The notes: generated by a model from the letters alone, not told the origin. 32,000 nucleotides of DNA from Pseudomonas aeruginosa (GCF_001457615.1 NZ_LN831024.1:4020001-4052000); one strand, 5' to 3'; positions 9,354 to 17,133 are shown, numbered from the stretch's first letter. A program made the numbers and translations.

Positions 9354-9470
9354 ATGCACAGAGAACACAGCACACGTATCGTCGTTACCGGCCTGGGCAT
9401 CGTCAGCCCTCTATGCTGTGGCAGCGAGACGGTATGGACGCGCCTGCAGGCCGGCCACTCGGGCCTAGAC
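9354..9470 (+). pseudogene. 5' fragment (about 38 codons) of a KAS II (fabF-like) gene; homology is lost after ..LQAGHSGL
   Basis: MHREHSTRIVVTGLGIVSPLCCGSETVWTRLQAGHSGL matches the canonical KAS N-terminus (RVVITGxGxxSPLG...W..L..G.SGI). It starts 28 bp after the SDR stop. The rest of tracked ORF 9171-9545 has no KAS similarity. Confidence 0.7.
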
Positions 9471-9666
9471 TGCAGCAGCCCCTCGGCAGTTAGCAAAGCG
9501 CGGCTAGCTGCAGCCGTCGAAATCTTCGCCCAAGTCTATGCATAGGCCATTTGGACGTGTCTAAGACATCGAAACTCTGAGTGCCCAAAGCGAAGACGAA
9601 CTTCATTTTGTCGCTCTACTTGCGATGTCAGCTTAGATTCTGACATTGGTTGGAGCGTCCGATTAC

Positions 9667-9709
9667 GGCCGTAGCTGCCCGCCACTAGTGTCAGCTTCCG
9701 GCCAGAAGC
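9667..9709. repeat. right copy of the perfect 43-bp inverted repeat (partner at 2806-2848)
   Basis: GGCCGTAGCTGCCCGCCACTAGTGTCAGCTTCCGGCCAGAAGC is the exact reverse complement of 2806-2848. Confidence 0.95.
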
Positions 9710-9809
9710 GACCCTTGGTTATCTACGAACTCAGGGCCCATTCAGTAGCCGTGGCAAGAAAGTCGGTGTTGGTTATCAGAAAATCCCGCAGGCGGCAGTT
9801 GCGGAATAG

Positions 9810-10289
9810 TCAGAGCCAGCGGCGAACCTCGGCCTTGTAGCGGCGGTAGTCGTCGCCGAACTTTGCTTCGAGATAGCGCTCCTCGCGGGCGATCACCTGC
9901 GTCTGGATCGCGACCAACACCAACGGAAGCAACGCGAAGGCGATCGGTCCGTCGAAGCCGACCGCAAGGCCTGCATAGATAAGCGCCATGCCGAGATACA
10001 TGGGATTGCGGGTCCACCGATAGGGACCGGTCGTTGCGATGAGGGTCGTTGGTCGCGACGGCGGAATGTTGGTGCCCATACGCCGGAACAGCCCCGCCGC
10101 CGCAAGCATCATTACCGCGCCGGCAGCGAACGGCAGCGCGCCCATTGCGATCAGCAACCACCAATCGATGCCGAAAGAGTGCAGGGCGACGAACCGATCC
10201 GCCGCCAGCCCCAACAGCAGCGCTCCCAGATAGATGAAGGGCGGAGGGAAGCGCACCCCCGCGCTGTCCGGCTCGACGGCCATGTTCAT
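9810..10289 (-). CDS. isoprenylcysteine carboxyl methyltransferase (ICMT)/phospholipid methyltransferase family membrane protein
   Basis: Multi-TM protein with the family motif TTGPYRWTRNPMYLGMALIYAG and C-terminal EERYLEAKFGDDYRRYKAEVRRW. Confidence 0.8.
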   Translation of the reverse strand: MNMAVEPDSAGVRFPPPFIYLGALLLGLAADRFVALHSFGIDWWLLIAMGALPFAAGAVMMLAAAGLFRRMGTNIPPSRPTTLIATTGPYRWTRNPMYLGMALIYAGLAVGFDGPIAFALLPLVLVAIQTQVIAREERYLEAKFGDDYRRYKAEVRRWL

Positions 10290-10304
10290 CTCCTCTCTAT
10301 GGGC

Positions 10305-11198
10305 TCAAGCCAGCATCGACTGCTGGGCGAAAATACCCGCCATCGCGCCCTGCGATGATGCCTGGGTGACCGAGGGCAATATGGGGGTGGTGAGATCGCC
10401 GGCGGCATAGATGCCAGGCGTGCTGGTTTGGCGGCGCTCGTCGACCTTGAGCACGACGCCGGTGGGCGTATCCATCGTGGCAAGGCCCAACGATTCATGC
10501 AGGTTTGCGGACGGCTTGTTGCGCGGATGAGCAAACAGGATGTCGACCGCGACAGTGGAGCCAGTGTCGAGATTGACGGTAGCGATATGCCCCTGGTGAT
10601 GGGCGATGTCGACGATCCGTCCGTCGACGACAGGTATGTTGCGGTGCGCCAGATCGGCCTGGATATCAGGTGTAATGTCGTGACCATCGGCAAAGACAGT
10701 CAACCTGTCGGTCCAATCGAGGAACAGCCTGACCTGGTTGTGCGATTGCGGGCCGGACCACACGAGGCCCCAATGCTGGCCGGCGGCTTCAAAGCCGTCG
10801 CAATAGGGGCAGGGGACGATGGACGTGCCCCAACTCTCGGCAAAGCCTGGAACATCAGGCATCTGATCGGCAACGCCATAGCTCAGGATCACGCGGCGGG
10901 CCTTTAGGCTTTCGTGATCGTCAGTGACAACGCAGAAATCGTCTATTACGCCAGAAATCTTCTCTGCCCGGGCATTGACTAGCCTGACCGTTGGATAGCG
11001 CGTCAACTGCTGCCGCGCCGCGGCCAGGATGTCCAGCGGCGGCGTGTGATCGTGACCGAGCAGACCATGCGAATGGCCGGCAAAGCGGTTACGCGGCCGA
11101 CCGGTATCGAGAACGATGACCTTGCGACGGGCACGGCCGAGCTGCAAAGCGGCGGCGAGACCTGCAAAACTTCCGCCGATGATGATGACGTCATTCAT
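10305..11198 (-). CDS. FAD-dependent pyridine nucleotide-disulfide oxidoreductase (thioredoxin-reductase-like)
   Basis: ATG at 11198 is preceded by GGAG. The N-terminal dinucleotide fold is VIIIGGSFAGLAAALQLGRA, with an internal CPYCDG and a C-terminal GIYAAGD motif. The upstream part of tracked ORF 10305-11585 has no homology. Confidence 0.85.
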   Translation of the reverse strand: MNDVIIIGGSFAGLAAALQLGRARRKVIVLDTGRPRNRFAGHSHGLLGHDHTPPLDILAAARQQLTRYPTVRLVNARAEKISGVIDDFCVVTDDHESLKARRVILSYGVADQMPDVPGFAESWGTSIVPCPYCDGFEAAGQHWGLVWSGPQSHNQVRLFLDWTDRLTVFADGHDITPDIQADLAHRNIPVVDGRIVDIAHHQGHIATVNLDTGSTVAVDILFAHPRNKPSANLHESLGLATMDTPTGVVLKVDERRQTSTPGIYAAGDLTTPILPSVTQASSQGAMAGIFAQQSMLA

Positions 11199-11266
11199 GG
11201 TGATGGGCTCCGCTGGAGGGCAGGTTGTAGCCAAGCCCTTGGATTGCTCATTTAAGACACTGAGTG

Positions 11267-11292
11267 GTATCCTAAACCTTAAATTAAGATAC
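11267..11292. promoter_or_regulatory. candidate operator in the divergent oxidoreductase/tetR intergenic region
   Basis: GTATCCTAA-N8-TTAAGATAC matches 8 of 9 positions in the inverted arms, within an AT-rich 111-bp intergenic region. The adjacent CACTGAGTG (11258-11266) is also palindromic. Confidence 0.35.
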
Positions 11293-11309
11293 TGTAAAGT
11301 ACCAATATC

Positions 11310-11954
11310 ATGACCGAAACCATACAGGCACGGCGCGGTCGGCCCACCAACGAGGCGCTTGCCCAAACGATACTCGACGCCGCGAGCGAACTTTTTGTGG
11401 AATTGGGTTTTCAAGCGACGACGTTGGACAAGGTCGCCCAGCGGGCGAAGATATCCAAGCTCAGCATCTATAGGCGTTTCGAGAACAAGGAGGCGCTGTT
11501 CAGCGCAGCCATCGCGGCCGGCTGCCAGCAGTCGTTTGCACCACAGGCCCTGCTTGAAGGTGTCGAAGGTTCGGTCGAAGACCAACTTATGGCGGTGGGA
11601 ACATCACTGCTGCGCACGCTATTGAGACCAGACGTCAGCAGTATCGAAGCCATGGTCATGGCCGATAAAACGAGTCAAAACGCCCTGAGCAAGTGCCACT
11701 ACGAAGCCGGCGCCGCTCATGTCATCGCCGACATCGATGCCTTGTTGCGCCAACTTCACGCGAAGGCGCTTCTCAACGTGCCCGATCCCCTCCAAGCCGC
11801 CCGCTTGTTTGCCGCGCTCTTCAAAGGCTCCGATCTATTGATGATCGCCCGATTCGATCAGGCGAGAGCAGAGGACGAAATAGAATCCTATTGCCGATCG
11901 GCCGTCGCCATGTTCATCGCCGCGCACGGTCGCAGCGACCACGCGGGTGGATAA
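11310..11954 (+). CDS. TetR/AcrR family transcriptional regulator
   Basis: The N-terminal HTH is TTLDKVAQRAKISKLSIYRRFENKEALF. It is divergent from the oxidoreductase/ICMT pair. Confidence 0.85.
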   Translation: MTETIQARRGRPTNEALAQTILDAASELFVELGFQATTLDKVAQRAKISKLSIYRRFENKEALFSAAIAAGCQQSFAPQALLEGVEGSVEDQLMAVGTSLLRTLLRPDVSSIEAMVMADKTSQNALSKCHYEAGAAHVIADIDALLRQLHAKALLNVPDPLQAARLFAALFKGSDLLMIARFDQARAEDEIESYCRSAVAMFIAAHGRSDHAGG

Positions 11955-11978
11955 GCATTTAATTGCTCCGAGGCAGCT

Positions 11979-12092
11979 CGGCCCAGGCTTGTGTTTGCGC
12001 TTTAGGGGCCGCAGCGGAATCACAGGCTGCGTCCGATAACTGTCGCAGTACTGGCGCAAGTGCTCAACATCGTAGCCTGAATCGACCATAGA
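11979..12092 (-). mobile_element. remnant of an IS5/IS4-type DDE transposase (about 35 codons only)
   Basis: VDSGYDVEHLRQYCDSYRTQPVIPLRPLKRKHKPG fits the D-x-G-Y-D...R...P-x-I-P-x-R..(R/K)K pattern around the second catalytic D of IS5-family transposases. No terminal repeats and no other part of the gene are present. Confidence 0.5.
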
Positions 12093-12253
12093 TTCGTCGA
12101 CTCCTTCAAGCTGCTGTCTCTGGCCAGGAGCGGCTGCTATTGGCCGATTGCAGCCCCTGACGAAAGCCCCCAAGCCCCCTCGAAAGTTCCCCCTCCGGTT
12201 TCGGACGGCAGCTCTCTAGCCTATCCTCCCCCGCCACAACAGCAGGAGGTTCC

Positions 12254-13090
12254 ATGCCGGTTTCGTTACCCTTCGAGCAAGTCGATGTCTTCTCCGAACA
12301 GCCCTTCAAAGGCAACGCCGTTGCCGTGGTGATTGGCGCCGACCGCCTGAGCAGCCGGCAGATGCTGGAGTTCGCTGCCTGGACCCAGTTGAGCGAGACG
12401 ACCTTCCTGCTGCGGCCGACCGTTGCCGAAGCCGACTATCGCGTGAGGATCTTCACCCCGCTGCGGGAGTTGCCCTTTGCCGGGCATCCGACGCTGGGGA
12501 GCTGCCAGGTCTGGCTGAACCAGGGGGGCGGCAATGCTGCTGACGAGATCGTCCAGGAGTGTCTGGCGGGCCTGATCCGCATCCGCCGCAAGGGCGCCTT
12601 GCTGTCGTTCGCGGCGCCTCCCCTGCTTCGTGGCGGAGCGGTCGAAGACGAGGTGTTGCGACGGATCGAGAGCGGGCTTGGCCTGTCCCCGGGGCAGGTA
12701 CTCGGCAGCCAATGGGTGGACAACGGACCCGGCTGGGTCGCCGTTCGGCTGGCCACGCGTGACGAGGTCCTGGCCATTCGCCCGGACTACGCGCAGCTCG
12801 ACGGGCTCAACGTGGGGGTGGTCGCACCCTGGCAAGGTCCCCAGGCGGAGGCGGATGTGGAAGTGCGCGCCTTCATGGGCGAGGAACTCAATGAAGACCC
12901 CGTCACCGGCAGCCTCAACGCGAGCCTGGCGCAATGGCTGATCGGCACGGGAGTCATGCCCGGGCGCTACACGGCGAGCCAGGGCACGGCCTTGGGTCGC
13001 CGGGGGCGGATAAGCGTCGAGCAGATCGGCGGCGATATCTGGATCGGCGGTGAGGTGCAGCCGGGCATGTCGGGGCAGGTCGTGTTCTGA
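12254..13090 (+). CDS. PhzF family phenazine-biosynthesis-like isomerase/epimerase
   Basis: AGGAGG RBS. FEQVDVFSEQPFKGNAVAVV, ETTFL and FAGHPTLGS are typical of the PhzF/YddE family. High GC. Confidence 0.85.
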   Translation: MPVSLPFEQVDVFSEQPFKGNAVAVVIGADRLSSRQMLEFAAWTQLSETTFLLRPTVAEADYRVRIFTPLRELPFAGHPTLGSCQVWLNQGGGNAADEIVQECLAGLIRIRRKGALLSFAAPPLLRGGAVEDEVLRRIESGLGLSPGQVLGSQWVDNGPGWVAVRLATRDEVLAIRPDYAQLDGLNVGVVAPWQGPQAEADVEVRAFMGEELNEDPVTGSLNASLAQWLIGTGVMPGRYTASQGTALGRRGRISVEQIGGDIWIGGEVQPGMSGQVVF

Positions 13091-13211
13091 GCGGGACGGC
13101 GTACCCTGTCCTTCCCCATTACCTGGCCGACCTGGATCGGCGTCCGGCATTGGACGGAAATGCCTGCCCATGACAACGGGGCCGCCTTCCCTCTGGAAGC
13201 ACCCTCCCTGC

Positions 13212-13237
13212 CCACCGGGCCCGCCCAGGCCCGGTGG
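13212..13237. terminator. GC-rich hairpin between the convergent phzF-like and receptor genes
   Basis: CCACCGGGCC-CGCCCA-GGCCCGGTGG has a 10-bp perfect stem. There is no clear U-tract on either strand. Confidence 0.4.
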
Positions 13238-13250
13238 CTCCGCCCTCCCC

Positions 13251-15692
13251 TCACCAGTTGTGCGTATAGCTCGCCGTCAGCACCGTGCCCGGCGCCGGCA
13301 GGTGGCTGGTGTTGTTGTTGTTGCGCAGCAACTGGCTGTAGAGCGGGTAGTAGTCGCGGTTGAACAGGTTCTGGATGCCCAGGCTCAACTGGTCGTCGGG
13401 GGTGATGCGGTACTGGCTGACCAGGTCGACCGTGGTGTAGGTGCTGACCTGGCGCCGGCCGAAGCTTTCCACGCCGTCGAGACGGTAGTCCTTGGAGTCG
13501 AAGAAGGTGGCCTGCAGGCGGTTGTTCCAGTCGGCATCCGGCTTGTATTGCAGGTAGGCGGTCAGCTTCAGCGGCGGCACGCGGTAGCCGGTCATGTCCT
13601 GCCAGTCCTTGCCGTCCGGCTTCTCGCGTCCGCGCATCCAGGTGGCGCTGCCGCCCGCGCCCCAGACTTCGTCGTCGCTGAGCCAGTCGGCGCTGGCCTC
13701 GACGCCGTAGATGCGCTCCTTGGTGCGGGTGAGGATCAGGCCGTTGTTGAAGCTCTGCACGTCGCCCAGCTTGGAGGTGGTGTAGAACAGCGCCAGGCTG
13801 CCCAGGGTGTTGCCGCCGATGGCGCCGCGCCAGCCGAGTTCGTAGTTGTTGGTCTTCACCGGTTCGAGGTTCGAGGAGCCGATATCGAAGCCACGGCGGG
13901 CGTTGCGCAGCTGGATGCCGACGTCGGGCAGCTGGAAGCCCTGGCTGAAGGAGGCATAGATTTCCTGGCCAGCCACCGGCGAATAGACGATGCCGAGGTT
14001 CGACAGCACCGCGTCGTAGTCGAGGTCGCCGCCCTTGACGGTCACCGGCGAGGCGGCCTTGGACTCGGAGAGCGGGATGAAGTCGTCGAATTCGGCGGTG
14101 GAGTATTCGTAGCGCAGGCCGCCGTCGATCGACCAGTGTTCGTCGAAGCGATGCTGCAACTGGGCGAACGCGCCGGCGCTGCGGGTGCGTAGCGGCGGCA
14201 TGTAGGTGAGCTTGCCGATCTTGTCGAAGACCAGCCCGCCGCTGGCGTCGTAGGCCGCCGGGTCGAACACGTCGAGCGGCATGTCGCTGCGTTCCTGGTT
14301 GTAGTCGCCGCCCCAGACCAGTTCGGTATTGCCGCTTTCGCCCAGCGGCGTGCGCAGGGTCAGGCGGCTGCCGAACACTTCGCTGTTCTGCATGATCTGG
14401 TCGACGTTGCCGCCGCGGGTGGAGACGGCGCGGGCATCGAACGGAGTGAAGCGGGTGAAATAGTCACGGTAGTAGAGCTGCGCGGAGAGCCGGCTGCCGA
14501 GGATGTCGAGGTTCTCGTACTCGAGGTTCGCCAGGGTGTTGCGGATGCGGTTCTGCTCGTCCAGCTCCAGGCCCTTGATCGCGTTGGCCGGGACCGAGCC
14601 CGGCGGCAGCCTGGCGACCCTCGGGTCGGTGGCGTAGTCGGTGTCCTGGCGGGCGTCGTAGTGGCTGAGGGCGAGCTGCACGCGCTGGTTCTCGTCGATG
14701 CGCAGGCCGAGCTTGCCGCCGATGTTGTAGACGTTCGAGTCGAACAGGTCGCCCTGGCTGGGTTCCGGGGCGATGCGGTCGCCATGGGCGTCGTAGGAAG
14801 CGCCGACGTGACGGGTGCCGAAGTCGAACGAATAGTCGAGCGCCCCCAGGGAGCCGGCGAAGTATTGCTGGAACTGGCCGCCGAGGCCATCGCTGCCCAG
14901 CCGGGTCAGCGGCGAGGTGGCGCTGAGGCGGGTTTCCGCGCGGTTCTCGCCGCCGGCCGGACGGGTGGTGATGGAGATGATCCCGCCGGTGGCGCCGCTG
15001 CCGTAGATGGCGCTGCTGCCACGGATGACCTCGATCCGCTCGATCAGCGCCGGGTCGATGTTGGCCAGGTTGCGCGAGGAGTCGCGGTTGGTGTTCAGCG
15101 GCACGCCGTCGACCATCACCAGCATGCTGCGCCCGCGCAGGGTCTGGCCGTATTCGGTGATGGTGCGGCTGGAATCGGACATCCCCGGCACCGCCTTGGC
15201 CAGCACGGTGGCCAGGCTGTCGGAGCCCTGGCGCAGCTCCTCCAGTTGGGCATGCTCGATGACGGTGGACTGGCGCGTGGCGGAGACCAGGTCGCTGCTG
15301 GTGCGCGAGGCGGTGATTTCCATCTGCTCCATGTCCAGCGGTTCGCTGCGGGCTTGCGTAGCGGGCACGGCGGCTTCGCTGGCCGGAACGACGATGAAGG
15401 TATGTTCGTCCCTGGCCTGCGCCTTCAGGCCGCTATCCCTGAGCAACTGGCGCAATGCCTCTTCGGGGGTGAAACGCCCCTTCAGCGCGGGCGCCTGGCG
15501 GCCGGCGCCGAGATCGCCGGCGAAAAGGATCTGTACCGAGGATTGCTGCGCGAGGGCGTTGATCGCCTGGCCGAGCGGCGCGGCGGGCAGATCCACGTCG
15601 AGCTTTTCCTGGCCCTGGGCCGACACCGCCAGGAGCAGGCTGCTGGCGAGCAATGAAGGACGCAGGTGGCGACTGCGGAGGGAAAAATGCAC
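13251..15692 (-). CDS. TonB-dependent siderophore receptor with an N-terminal signalling (STN) domain
   Basis: Signal peptide ..LLASSLLLAVSAQG. The STN-like segment is LPAAPLGQAINALAQQSSVQILF...LKGRFTPEEALRQLLRDSGL. Plug and barrel regions follow, ending in the terminal ..SYTHNW. I chose the GTG at 15692 (AGGAA 8 nt upstream) over the tracked GTG at 15737. Confidence 0.9.
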   Translation of the reverse strand: MHFSLRSRHLRPSLLASSLLLAVSAQGQEKLDVDLPAAPLGQAINALAQQSSVQILFAGDLGAGRQAPALKGRFTPEEALRQLLRDSGLKAQARDEHTFIVVPASEAAVPATQARSEPLDMEQMEITASRTSSDLVSATRQSTVIEHAQLEELRQGSDSLATVLAKAVPGMSDSSRTITEYGQTLRGRSMLVMVDGVPLNTNRDSSRNLANIDPALIERIEVIRGSSAIYGSGATGGIISITTRPAGGENRAETRLSATSPLTRLGSDGLGGQFQQYFAGSLGALDYSFDFGTRHVGASYDAHGDRIAPEPSQGDLFDSNVYNIGGKLGLRIDENQRVQLALSHYDARQDTDYATDPRVARLPPGSVPANAIKGLELDEQNRIRNTLANLEYENLDILGSRLSAQLYYRDYFTRFTPFDARAVSTRGGNVDQIMQNSEVFGSRLTLRTPLGESGNTELVWGGDYNQERSDMPLDVFDPAAYDASGGLVFDKIGKLTYMPPLRTRSAGAFAQLQHRFDEHWSIDGGLRYEYSTAEFDDFIPLSESKAASPVTVKGGDLDYDAVLSNLGIVYSPVAGQEIYASFSQGFQLPDVGIQLRNARRGFDIGSSNLEPVKTNNYELGWRGAIGGNTLGSLALFYTTSKLGDVQSFNNGLILTRTKERIYGVEASADWLSDDEVWGAGGSATWMRGREKPDGKDWQDMTGYRVPPLKLTAYLQYKPDADWNNRLQATFFDSKDYRLDGVESFGRRQVSTYTTVDLVSQYRITPDDQLSLGIQNLFNRDYYPLYSQLLRNNNNTSHLPAPGTVLTASYTHNW

Positions 15693-15769
15693 GTCTCGAT
15701 TTCCTATGCAGGTTGGCTTTTCCTGGATAGCCGCCACGGCGCGCGGGAAACCCTACCTGCGTCCGAGAA

Positions 15770-16612
15770 TTATTTTCGCGTCGATTTGCGTTGGATCTCG
15801 ACGCTGCCGTCCTCCTGCCGCGACACGGCCACGGGAAGGATGCTCGGCAGCAGGTCGAGCAGCCGGTCGGCGTTGTGCGCGGCGAAGACGCCGGTCAGCC
15901 GGAGGGAGGCCAGGCTGGGGTCGTCCAGGAGAATGGGCGCCTTGCGATAATGGCGCAGCAGCGCGACGGCTTCGCCCAGGGGCGTGCGCTCGAAGACCAG
16001 GCGGTCGTCTTTCCAGGCCATCGCCGTGGCGGCATCGACCTTGGCCAGCGGCATCAGTTGCCCGCCAATGGCATCGACCTGCTGGCCCGGCAGGAGCACG
16101 ACTGGCGCTTGCGCCGTAGCCGAGGTGCCGACCTCCACCCGGCCACGCTCCAGGGTCACGCGGACATCGTCGTCCAGGCGGCGCACGTTGAACCGGGTGC
16201 CGAGCACGCGGATGTCGGTCGAACCCACGGACACCACGAAGCGCCGATAGCGCGCCGGGGATACCTCGAAAAGCACCTGCCCCGCGCGCAACGCGACCCG
16301 GCGGCTGAGCGGGTGCCAACTGACCTCGATCTGGCTGCCGCTGTCGAGCAGGAGCTGGCTGCCGTCGGCCAGGGTCACGTCGCGCCGCTCACCGATGGCG
16401 GTGGCGAAGCGCTCGCGCTTGTAGGCCGGGTCCAGCCAGGCCAGGGCGCCGATGGCCAGCGCCAGCAATAGCGCGACGCCGGCCGCCTTGCTTGCCTTGC
16501 GCGATTTCGGCCGGGAGGGCGGCAGCGGGAACAGGTCCTTCAGCGCGTCGCGATGGCGCTCCAGGGCGTCGTCCAGCGGAACCTGCCCATTCCGTTTCGA
16601 GGGCTGGGTCAT
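15770..16612 (-). CDS. FecR-family transmembrane sigma regulator (sensor)
   Basis: One TM segment (AAGVALLLALAIGALAWL) and a periplasmic FecR domain (DVTLADGSQLLLDSGSQIEV...IRVLGTRFNVRR...VTLERGRVEV). The start overlaps the sigma stop (ATGA). Confidence 0.85.
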   Translation of the reverse strand: MTQPSKRNGQVPLDDALERHRDALKDLFPLPPSRPKSRKASKAAGVALLLALAIGALAWLDPAYKRERFATAIGERRDVTLADGSQLLLDSGSQIEVSWHPLSRRVALRAGQVLFEVSPARYRRFVVSVGSTDIRVLGTRFNVRRLDDDVRVTLERGRVEVGTSATAQAPVVLLPGQQVDAIGGQLMPLAKVDAATAMAWKDDRLVFERTPLGEAVALLRHYRKAPILLDDPSLASLRLTGVFAAHNADRLLDLLPSILPVAVSRQEDGSVEIQRKSTRK

Positions 16613-17133
16613 GGCCGTGCCTCGCCGCGGCCGAGCCGTTCCCGGCAGGCCGCCAGTCCGAGGCGCAGGTGCTTTTCCACGGTCTTGACGGAGATGCCGA
16701 GGCGGTCGGCGACTTGCGCCTGGGGAACTTCGTGGATCTTGTGCATGACGAAAACGGCCTGGCAGCGAGGAGGAAGCGTGGCGATGGCGTCGACCAGTGC
16801 CTGGAACTCGCGCTCGGCCTCATGGCGACCCATGGGCGTCGCCGCCATGCAGGCGACTTCCGGAAGCTCGGCGACGGCTTCCACCCAGGCGGTTCGACGA
16901 CGGTCGCTACGATAGCGGCTCACGGCGGCGTCGTGGGAGATTTTCCGCAGCAGGGCCAGGGGCGTGTGCACGTCCTCCTTCTCGTCGCGTTCGAGCAACT
17001 GCACGCACACGTCGTGCACCACTTCGCGCGCCATGCCCCGGTCGCCGAAGCGCCGGCGAACATGGTCGACCAGTTCCTCGTAGTGACGAACCAGTGTGGA
17101 CAACAGCGTCGGCTTGGCGGGATCGAACGGCAC
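16609..17133 (-). CDS. ECF sigma-70 factor, FecI-like
   Basis: Region 2 (LVRHYEELVDHVRRRFGDRGMAREVVHDVCVQLL) and region 4 HTH (VPQAQVADRLGISVKTVEKHLRLG). The start is assigned to GTG 17133, giving about 174 aa. The tracked ORF extends to 17349 without homology. Confidence 0.8.
   Translation of the reverse strand: MPFDPAKPTLLSTLVRHYEELVDHVRRRFGDRGMAREVVHDVCVQLLERDEKEDVHTPLALLRKISHDAAVSRYRSDRRRTAWVEAVAELPEVACMAATPMGRHEAEREFQALVDAIATLPPRCQAVFVMHKIHEVPQAQVADRLGISVKTVEKHLRLGLAACRERLGRGEARP

Noticed and set aside
11199-11585. Upstream extension of the flavoprotein ORF (tracked to 11585)
   Set aside because: The Rossmann motif begins 4 residues after the Met at 11198, which has a GGAG RBS. The extension would run antisense through the tetR gene.
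557-12253. CRISPR array, tRNA/tmRNA attachment site or integrase at the island borders
   Set aside because: There is no regular repeat-spacer periodicity. By eye I found no cloverleaf-compatible sequence and no tyrosine- or serine-recombinase-like ORF. This needs tRNAscan or Infernal to be definitive.
13050-16119. Several plus-strand ORFs of 330-380 codons (13050-14192, 14661-15656, 15007-16119) opposite the TonB receptor and FecR genes
   Set aside because: They show no motifs and are Ala/Gly/Val/Arg-rich. The reverse strand carries complete receptor and FecR homologues.
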